The position numbers were made by a program, and so were the translations under genes. From the human T2T-CHM13v2.0 reference genome, Homo sapiens: DNA of 64,000 bases. The notes below the pieces were generated by a model. It did not search any database, was not told where the DNA came from, and saw only the letters and a program-made list of their open reading frames with translations. The stretch's first letter is position 1. Each line of letters starts with the position of its first letter. This document shows, in pieces, positions 27,975-40,866 of the stretch. Location: assembly GCF_009914755.1 (NCBI RefSeq), contig NC_060925.1; one strand, written 5' to 3'.

Positions 27975-30866
27975 GGTGTAGATGCTTTTCTGTTACATTT
28001 TAAAGACTCCTCTCTTTGTCTTTGGTTGTAGACAGTTTGCCCACAATGTACTATCAAGAAGAACTTTTTGCATTGTATTCATTTGAGGATCTTTGAGCTT
28101 CCTGTATCTGGTTATCTAAGTTTCTTGCTAGACTTGGGAAGTTTTCATCTAGCATTTTGTTAAATAGGTTTTCTAATCTTTCCTTTCTCTCTTTGCCCTC
28201 AGGGACACTGATAATTCAAATATTCCATTACTTTGTGTTGTCCCAAATGTCACAAAGGCTTTGCTCATTCTTTTTTATTTTATCTTTACCTTTTTCTGAC
28301 TGGATTATTTCAAAAGACCAGTCTTCAAGTTCTGAGATTTTTTCTTCTGCTTGGTCTCATCTATTTTTGAAGCTTTCACACATATTTTGCATTTTAGTAA
28401 ATGAATTATTCAGTTTCAGAATTTCTGTTCGATTCTTTTTTAAAATAGTTATCTTTCTGGCAATTTTTTTTTATGACCTGAATCATTTTTCTGATTCCTC
28501 TAAATTTTTTTTTCAGAATTCTCTTGTGTCTCATTGAGCTTCTTTAAAATCGGTATTTTGCATCTTTATTTGGGATTTTGTTTCTTTAATTGGGATCTGC
28601 TGCTGGAAAATTATTGAGTTCCTTTGGAGGTGTTGTATTTCCTTACTTGTTCATGTTTCCTGCATCCTTACATTGATATCTGCACATTTGGTGTAACAGA
28701 CACTTCTTTCAAGTTTTTTAATTTGATTTCATGGGGCAGAACTTTTCCTGAAGATGTATATCTGTTTGCAGTTGAGTAGGTCACTCTGGCTTTGATATTG
28801 GGTGTATGCAGTAAGGTAGTCTCTGTGTGATTTCTTCATCTGTGAACAGGGTCAGTGGTATTTGTGATTTCCTTAGTGGCTTAGGGTGTAGTTGTTAGTG
28901 GAGGCTATGATGAAGTTTTTATGGGTTCTAAGATGCCTGGTGGGCCAGTCTTCAGGCCCCAGTGGTGGTAACAGTGGGTTGAGCATACCTGTCCTTGAGC
29001 CTCAGAGTGATGTATGCTGCCACTGGTATTAGCAGGTCCAGATAGGCCAGTAGTGGCAGCTGTGGGCAAGGCATGCGGGTGGGTTCTTAGGTCTCCAGGC
29101 AGTGGTGTGATGTGGGTGACGGCAGGAGCAGTGGTGGAGCAACCCACTGGACCCCAGGTAGTCCATTCTGGTATTGGTGGTGGTTGTGATAAGTTGGGTG
29201 GGCCAGTCTGCTGACCTGCAGGTGGCTCATGTGGGTGACTGCCAGCTGTGGTGGTATCAACAGGTTGGGTCAGCCCAGCTTCAGACTCCAAGAGGAATGT
29301 TCAGGTACCATTGGTGATGAACTGGGCTGAGAGACCCCCAGGCCCCTAAATGGCATGCTAGAGTAGTAGGGAAATGGGACTGAGTTGATAACTTTGTCCT
29401 CAGGTTCCCTGGAAGTGTGTTCAGGCAGTGGCTGTGATAGGCAGGGGCAGATGGTTCCTAGGCTGCTGGCAGAATTGTCAGGTTTGGGCAGCAGTGGCTG
29501 CACTGCAGGCTGCCTCCAGGGAGGGCAAGGCCACTCTCAGTGGGAGCAGCTAAAGCAGTAAGCTGTGGAGCTTGCAGTTTGCTCACACCTTGGTCTCTTA
29601 GCAGCCTATAGCAGTGGCAGTGGTATTTGTCCTCGGGGCTTGTTAAAGTGCCCAGCTTTCTCTCTCCTTCTTTGGCCTGGTGGCCCCAGGGAAGATCACA
29701 GTGCTTTGGAGGCTGGGCTGTCAAAATGGCACTGGCTGTGGGCCTGCTACCAGGGAGGGCAGTGCCACTCTCAGTGGGAGCAGCACGGGCAGACAGCTGT
29801 GGTGTGTACAGTTTCTTCACATCTTGGCCCCACAATAGTCTGCAGTAGTGGTGGGATTTGTCCTCGGAAGAAAGTACCCATCCTCCTCTTGTTCTCCTTG
29901 GCCCAGTGGCAGCTATGGCAGTGATGGTCCCAGGGTAGGACAAAGTCCTCTGGGGGCTGAGCTCTCAGAATGATACAATGTTACAGTTGCACAAGGCTCA
30001 GAAGCCTGTGGGACTCAGCCTAAGTTCCCTTTCTGAAACAATGCCTTTGTACAATCTCTAGGCAGCTCCCTATGTTAGTCTTGATGCTCATGAGGGTTGA
30101 GGGGCTCTCCAGTGCCTAGAATTGAAGTTCATGACAAGAATTTGGAGCCCCGAAGGTCTCACTGACCATTTCCCTGCATCTGAGAGCTTCTCCCAACTCC
30201 CAGGCAATCTTGGCTGAGCAGGCTGCCTCACTTCCCTCTCCTTCTTTGTTTTCAGTGCTTCCTGTCACTTCTCTGTTGAATTCCAGTGTCCTTTCTTAGA
30301 TTTGTGATTATCTGCTTCCTGGTAGAGAAGAAGGACCTATTTTGGTCCTTCTCTGTGGAAGGGGCTCATACTAGCTGCATCTGGTCAGCTATCTTGCCTC
30401 TGTCTCTCCTAGTGATTTTTGACAAAAGTGCCAAGGTATTTCAATGGGGAATGTATTCATTAATCAACAAATGGTATAATCAAAAAGTGAACATTGACCC
30501 TTTCTTTCACCATACAGAAAAATTAACTCAAAATGCATCATAGACCTAAATGTAAGTGTGGAAAAACAAAACATTTCTGGAAGAATATGCAAGAAAAATC
30601 TTTGGGACCTCTAGCTAGACAAAGATATCTTAGATTGGACACATGCTCACAAACACACACACGATATAGAAATAATAGACACATTGAACTTTATCAAATA
30701 TAAAACATTTGCCTTTTAAAAAACAACATTTAGAAAATAAAAAGGCAGGCCATGGACTGAAAGAAAATATTTTCAAAAGCTATATCTGATACTGAACTTA
30801 TACAAAATACATAAAGAACGCTTAATTTCAATTATAAAGACAACATTTTTAAAATAAACAAAACAC

Positions 30867-32341
30867 TTTTTAAGATATAATATCATAACTTTATTCAGGA
30901 GATAATCAAATATACAGGGCTGACACAGACAAACAGCCATGCATAAAAATTATATAAATCTGCTTGCTAGATTTTCCAGAAGAGGCCCAGTCATTATAAA
31001 CAAGAAAGAAAAACCAGGAGGGTGCCTAAACGACTGCAGTCTTTCAAGCAAGTGCAAACGTTCCCACACTCCCTTGTAGCGAAGGCAGCCCCAGGTGAAC
31101 GTGGTCCTACTAGCAGGAAGATTAGGAGGCAGCAGCTGTGCAGAAGCCATGCTTCCTGGCCCTGCCAGAGATCAACAGTAGGCCTTGTTGAACTCCTGGA
31201 GGGCCCACCGCTTCTCAGTTGCCTGCTTGAGTAGGGTGGACTCTTTTCACCAGTCTGTCAAACTCCTCCCCAAGTATTTCATAGGAGTTCAGGACCTGTC
31301 TTGACTTCTCCATGTGCTGCTCCCGTAGGTGAATCGCTCCCTCCAAACGGTCCCTAATCGGACAATGAACTTCCACTTTCTCAGCAGTGTGTTGGACAAA
31401 ATATTTAACTCTTCCATCCTCAGCTTAAGTATCATAGCACCACACTTGACTTCCAGGTACTGGGCATTGATGTGGTCTAACTCGGAGTGAGTCTTCAGCC
31501 GTTGTTCCTGAAGAAGCCTCTGCAGCAAAATGAGGCAGCAGAGAAGCACCTGGAAGTAGGTGGCACTCTTCTTCTCCAGCAGCACCATCTGCTCCTTTTG
31601 CTGGCTCTTGGCATCCTGGCACTGCTGCTTCCTAGCCACTAGGACCTCTGCAAGTTTCAACACGTTTGCTGCCTTTACGGTTTCACTGTCAGCATCTGAA
31701 TTGGGATCATAGTACCAGAGCAGAGTGAAACATTTCTTCTTGAGCTACTCCTCCACTTCTTGCTGTAGCAGAGCCCTCATCCACACAAAATCGTCTGAGA
31801 GTGGCATGGATTCCAGAAGGTCCGCTTTCTCCAGCTCTAGCAGTGAAGGTATCTCCCTCTCCTGGCTAGGACCTAAGAGCCATGTCAGTTCAGTTATGAG
31901 TAGCCGCTGTTCAAGGGTCTCATGAAATTTTTGTCCTCAGAAGTTAAATTTGTGTCCTGTATCTTCACACAGTAGTCCACAAGCAACTCCTGAATAACTC
32001 CATGTAAAATCTCAGACCTCAACCACGTTGTCTTATGCAGTCGAACTTCCTTCCATGCCTTGTTGAAGTATTTCCATCCCTTCTCCAGGTGAGCAGAAAT
32101 CCCCAAATACCTTTTGATTTTCTTGGGATTCTAATACTGGGGCAGGTGAAGCTCTCAAGGGGGTGCCAAGATCCTCGGCTGGGGCAGGCTGGACAGCAGC
32201 GTCTGTTTACACCCAGGACCCACCCCACCCCGGGGCTCCGGAACTCGCTCTGGAACCTCTCATTCGGGCCCACCACAGGGGCTAGGGGAAGCGAGGCCCA
32301 GGAGGACCGTGCTGGAAGACCCTCCAGGAAGGGGAAGGGGC
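30867..32341 (-). pseudogene. HAUS4P1: Processed pseudogene of HAUS4 (augmin/HAUS complex subunit 4); CDS-homologous part 32113-31172
   Basis: - strand translations AWKEVRLHKTTWLRSEIL, KLAEVL...QQCQDAKSQQKEQM...INAQYLEVKCGAMILKLRMEEL and KRWALQEF match HAUS4 as I recall it; intronless; AATAAA at 30895-30890 with a short poly(A) remnant at 30871-30867; TSD aacaaaacactttt / agcaaaacatttt at a TT|AAAA site; start codon ATG>AAG (32113), TAG at 31747-31745, frameshifts near 31928, 31390 and 31245. The P1 symbol is from memory. Confidence 0.95.
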
Positions 32342-32779
32342 AGCAAAACATTTTAATAGACACTTCACCAAAGTAGATATGCAGATAGCAAATAAGCAAA
32401 TTTTTAAATATTCAAGATTATTAGTCATTAGAAAAATGCAAATACCCAACTAGAATGGTAAAATTTCTAAACGCTCACCATTCCAAGTTTTGGCAAGTTA
32501 TATGGAGGAACGGGAGCTGATATAAATTGCTGGTGGGAATGTAAAATTGTATAGTCATTTCTGGATGTTTAAACACATAAATAGACTATAGAGTTAAACA
32601 TATTCATACTTACCATACAGCCTAGAAAATCTGCTGTTTGTTTTTACTCGAGAGAAATAAAAGCATAAGTCAACTCAAGACACATACTTAACTGTTTATA
32701 GAAGTTTTACTTGTAGCTCCAAACTTGAAACAATTCAAATTTCTACCAATCAGGAATATTTTTAATTAGACATAATTTT

Positions 32780-35340
<2,561 letters not shown>

Positions 35341-35841
35341 TTAGACATAATTTTAAAGAAAAAAGTTTAGACCTGACTAGAAATCCTGAAATCACATGTT
35401 TTTCTCTGACTTTATAGTCATAGCTAAATGTCATAATGGCCCATTAAAAAGTTTTAAATTTAAAAGGTACCTGTGTAGGGCCAATTATTACCAGTATTAC
35501 AAAGGGAGGATAATGAGGCTGGAACCATGAGATTTACTCCTCCTCCTCCTCAGTAATTACTGTACACAAGGCACAATGTTAAAATCAATTTTAAGTTTAT
35601 GGCCTCCAAATAAACGCAAACTCCATATCGTTTTTAGAGCAAGGCTTTCCTATGTTTCTCTCACATGTCTTGATAGGAAGGGATATTCCTTCTATCCAAG
35701 CAGACATCCATTTCTAGGTCTCTGTAGGAAAATCCTGGCTTATTCAACAAGGTTTGAATAACCAAGTGCCCCTGTTAGAGCTGGTTTCCTTATTTGTGTG
35801 CAACAGTTAAGCAGAATCTTCTGAATTATCTTGCAAAATCA

Positions 35842-38127
35842 TGTATTAGGCTATTCTAGAATTGCTATAAAGAAATACCTGAGACTGGATAATTCATAGA
35901 GAAAATAGAGTAATTGGTTCATCATTCTGCAGGCTGTACAGGAAGCATGGTGCTATAATCTGCTTGGCTTCTAGTGAAGCCTCGGGGAGCTCACAATCAT
36001 GACAGAAGGCAAAGGGGGAAAAGGCATGTCACACAGTGAAAGCAAGAACAAGCAAGAGAGAATGTGGTGTGTGTTGGGAGTGCCACACACCTTTAATCAT
36101 ATCTCATGTGAACTCAGAGCAAAAGCTCACTTATCACCAAGGGAATAACCCAAATCATTCATGAGGGATCCACTTCCACGATCCAAATACCTCCCACCAG
36201 GCTGTATGTCCAACACTGGAAATTACAATTCAACATGAGATTTGGGTGGGAACAAATATCCAAACCATATTATTCCACCCCAGCCCCACCCAAATCCCAT
36301 GTTCTTCTCACATTGCAAAATATAATTATGCCTTCCCAATAGTCCCCCAAAGCCTCCCCCTGCCCAAAGTCTTAATTCATTCCAGCATTAACTCAAAAGT
36401 CCCAAGTCCCAAGTTCAAAGTCTCATCTAGAACTGAGCTGAGTTCCTTAACATCTATAGAGCCTGTAAAATAAAGAAACAAGTTATTTACTCCCAAGATA
36501 CAATGGGAGTATAGTCATTGTAAACATCCCCTTCCAAAAGGTAGAAATTGGCCAGAAGAAAGGAGCTACAGGCCTCATACAAGTTTAAAATGCCGAAGGG
36601 CAGTAATTAAATCTTAAATCTCCAAAATAATCTTCTTTGACTCCATATCCCACATTCAGGGCACACTGGTGCAAGGGGCCGGCGTCCAAAGCCTTAGATA
36701 TTTCCACCTCTGGCTTTGAAGGTTTCAGAACTCCAGGCTGCTCTTACAGGTTGTTGAGTGCCTGTGGCTTTTCCAGGTGCTGGGTGCAAACTGCTGGTGG
36801 ATCTACCATTCTAGGGTATGGAGGGCCATGGCCCCTTTCTCACAGACGCACTAGGCAGGGCTCTAGTGGGGATTTTGTGTGGGAGCTCCAACCCTGTATT
36901 TCCTCTTGGCACTGTCCAACAGAGGTTCTTCTGTGGGGGCTCTGCCCCTGAGGCAGGCTTCTACCTGGGCATCCAGACTTTTCCACACATTCTTTGAAAT
37001 CTGATGGAGGGTGCCAAGCCTCATTTACTCTTGCACACTGTGCACCCACAGGCTTAACACCAGATGGAAGCTGCCAAGTCTTACAGCTTGCCACCTCTAA
37101 AGCCATGGCCCAAGCTGTACCTGGGCCCCTTTGAGCCACAGCTGGAGCTGGAGTGGCCAGAATGTGGGGAGCAGAGTTCTGATGCTGCACAGGACAGCAG
37201 AGCCCTGGACCTGGCCCATGAAACCATTTTTCCCTCCTAGGCCTTTGGGTCTCTGAAGCAAGGGCCTCCTGTGAAGGTCTCTGAAATGCCTTTGAGGCCT
37301 TTTCCCCATTGTCTTGGAAATTAGCACTCGGTTCTTTTTTAGTTACAGGAATATCTCTAGCAAGTGGTTGCTCCACTGCCTGCTTGAATTTCTTTTCTGA
37401 AAAATCTTCCTTTCTCTGTCACATGGCTCGGCTGCAAAGTTTTCAAATGTTTATGCTTTGCTTCCTGTTTAAATATAAGTTCCAACTGTAAGTCTGTTTT
37501 TTTTTGCTCCCACGGCTGAGCACAGGTTGTTAGAAAGAGCCAGGCCATTTCTTGAATGCTTTGCTGCTTAGAAATGTTTACCCCCAGATATCCTAAATCA
37601 TCACTCTGAAGTTCAAACTTCCACATTTTCAGGTATCTTTATAGCAATGCCCCACTCCTCAGTACCAATTTTCTGTATTAGGCCATTCTTTTATCACCAT
37701 TAAAAAATACGTGAGACTTGCGTAATTAATAAAGAAAAGAGGTTTAATTGGCTCATGGTTCTGCAGCTTTGCAGGAAGCTTGGTGCTGGCATCTGGTTGA
37801 CTTGTGGTGCAGCTTCAGGGAGATCACAATCATGGCATAAGATGAAGAAGGAGCAGGCACATCACATGGCAAAAGCAGGAATGAGAGAGAATGTGTGTGT
37901 GGGGGGGTGGGGGGATGGGGGGGTGGGAAGGGTGCCACACCCTTTTAAACAACTAGATCTCATGTAAACTCAGAGCAAGAGCTCGGTTATCACCCAGGGG
38001 ATGGCCCAAGCCATTCATGAGAGATCTGCCCCATGATTCAAACACCTCCCACCAGGTCCCACCTTCAACATTGGATGTTACAATTCAACATGAAATTTAG
38101 GCAAGAACAAATATCCAAACCATATCA
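35842..38127 (-). mobile_element. MSTA-type MaLR (ERVL-MaLR) element with both LTRs: 3'LTR 35842-36272, internal 36273-37673, 5'LTR 37674-38127
   Basis: two homologous LTRs tgtattagg...aaatatccaaaccatat(t/c)a; polypurine tract (ttccaccccagcccc on the + strand) next to the left LTR; THE1/MST-int-like internal region; 5-bp TSD aatca / aacca. Confidence 0.95.
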
Positions 38128-40552
38128 AACCAAGCAGCAGAAAACATGAGAACAAGTTAGGAAGCAGGGCTTTCTTTTGATGTGTTAGCATAAAAACCCA
38201 GTATCTAAAGTGGAGAAATCTCTATTTTCTGCCAAACACATCCCCACACACCACATGTGTGCATGTGCACAAACACACACACACACTTGCAGTGCCTTTA
38301 ATACAAAGTTCTCCCTTGAGGCAAAATCTTTTGTCATTAGCTGATCCAATGATGAAAAGCTATGTGGTATCGACTTAATAAAACCTTCAAATGAAACCAG
38401 CAGAATAACTGTCAGAGTTTCTATATTGAATGTAACTTGAGGAGTTGCTCTGATTCTAGCATAGTCAACCTGCTTACATACAGAAGGCCAGTTAAAAAGT
38501 GGGAGAAGTGAGGCTAAATTGGGAATGCGGAAGGGGAAGCCAGTGCTTGTAAACATACCTTCACATTTTATTTTGGAATTCACCTTTCACATAGGTACAC
38601 TCAAGATTGGGCTGCTGAGAGTCATAGTGGGTTTTTGAGACATCCAGAACTTGTACATTTTTCTGAAGTATTTTTAAGCTATTAAGAGGATGAAAACTAG
38701 TAACACATGAGAAAGTAATAGAGCGGTTTTAACTTTATCATTTGTAATAGCTAAATGTATCAGAAGTGTGAATAATTTAAATCCATTGACAATGAAAATT
38801 TTTCATTGTATTCAGTAAAATTCCTACCATTCTCTAGCTAGTATTTCAGAAGACAGTGATGTAAATATTTTCTCTTTTAGTTGAAAAGTGTCCAGCAGAA
38901 GAAAGGAAGAAAATACTAAATTTCTTGGAAAATCTACACACTTGGGAATTTGCTTTTGGACAATTGAGAACTGGATTCACTTTCATGTTTGTTTAAGATG
39001 AAACAAAAATATCAACTAATCCACTTGAATTGTTAAACCTAAATTTTTCTGTAAACAGTAACACACAACCTTTGATACTCTTTTTTTTTTTTCCTTATTC
39101 AGTCTAGAGAGAGAGCAATGTAGGCTACTTTGGGAAAGTTCTTTGCATTCCACAAAAACCTTGTTCCAATCTTCATTTGAAGAAGCAGAACATCACCAAC
39201 TGAAGAGATCTTTGTCATAACCTCACCCCAAAGGATGAATGGTTTCCTAATAACCTATAAACCAGCAAGTATATGGCTCAGCCAATGCTTCAGAGTTATT
39301 TAGTGTCCTCAGAGATTGGCAGATACTCAGGAGAAGGCATCCAGAAAATAAGACTTCATATACTGCTATAATAGAGAGCAGAGGACTGAGTACATTACAG
39401 AGTGCCAAGGAAATAAGGCAAATAATACGTTAGGTCAGAGGAGAGAATTGGTTTTCTATTACCTAGTGAGAAATGGCTCACTAAAATGAAACAGAGGAAG
39501 GGTGCTCAAATCACACATACATTATAATTATCTACCAAGGTGATTTCATTGCCACTAAGGTCAAGTAGATATGATTAATAACTATGAGATATGCTTACTC
39601 AGAAGCAGAAATGAATTGAAATGGCCAAGGCATTTTTTGTTGCAGCACAGGTTAAAAAATGACTTATTGTTTCTGTTTCTTTGGCTACATCCTGTATCTC
39701 ATCATTGCAGGGTTAGAAAATGGCTAGCAAAAATCTTATTTGTGGATTTCTGTACTTCCTTGAGTCCAAACAACTCTTGCTAGCTAGACTTTGGAGCACA
39801 GGAAAAATATAATGTGTGTTTTGTACCAATTTTTCCCAACTTTTTAACTGTGGTAAAATACACATAACATAAAATGTATGTGTATTTTAACCATTTCTAA
39901 GTGTCAGTTTAGTGGCAATAAATACATTCATATTGTTGCACAACCATCATCACTATCCATCTCCAAAACTCTTATCATCTTGCAAAACTGAAACTTTATA
40001 CCCATTAAACAATAACTTTCCATTTCCCCTTTCCCCAGCCCCTGGCAAGAGTCATCTACTCTGTCTCTATAATTTTGGTGACTCTAAGTACTTTATCATA
40101 TAATTGGAATCATACAGTGTTTGTCCTTTTGTGATTGGCTTATTTTACTTAGCATAATGTCTTCAAGTTTCATCTATGTTATAACAGATGTCAGAATTTC
40201 CTTCCTTTCTAAGGCTGAAAATATTTCATTGTATGTGTGTACCATTTTTTTTTATCTGTTTATCCATCCGTAGAATTCTGGGTTGCTTCCACATTTTAGC
40301 AATTGCAAATATTGTTGCTGTGAACATTAATGTACAAATACCTCTTTGAGACTCTGTTTTCAATTTGGGGGTGGCATATGTCCAAAAGTGAAATTTTTCA
40401 ATCACATGGCAATTCTATTTTTAATTTTGTGAGAAATGGCCATGTTATTGTTTTTCACAACAGCTGTGCCATTTTACATTCCCACCAACAGTTCACAGGA
40501 GTTCCAATTTCTCCACAACCTTACCAATGCTTATTTTCTGTGTGTTTGGCTG

Positions 40553-40554
<2 letters not shown>

Positions 40555-40585
<31 letters not shown>
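40555..40585. repeat. (TG)n microsatellite
   Basis: directly visible. Confidence 0.95.
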
Positions 40586-40587
<2 letters not shown>

Positions 40588-40866
40588 ACAGTAACTGTCC
40601 TAAAGGGTGTGATGGTATCTCATTAGAGTTTTGATGTGCATTTTCCTAATAATTAGATGTTCAGCATTTTTTAAGTGCTTATTGGCCAATTGTATATCTT
40701 ATTTGGAGAAATGTATATTCTGATCCTTTGCCCATTTTTGAATTGAGTTGCTTATCTTCTTGTTCCTGTCTTTTAGGAGTTCTCTATATATTCGTGATAT
40801 TAATCTCTTATCAGGTGTATACTTTGCAAATTTTTTTCTATTCTGGGTTGCGTTTTTACTCGATAG

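Noticed and set aside
28905-29943. Cluster of longer GC-rich ORFs (also at 46400-48400 and 50170-51390)
   Set aside because: They lie in GC-rich L1 5'UTRs where stop codons are rare and overlap on both strands; no coding signature.
31289-31663. 124-aa HAUS4-like ORF as a functional retrogene
   Set aside because: It starts at a non-ATG codon, is preceded by an in-frame stop and followed by frameshifts; the copy lacks its start codon and carries several disablements.
36840-37626. 178-aa and 89-aa ORFs
   Set aside because: Remnants of the MaLR internal ORF, broken by frameshifts and a deletion.
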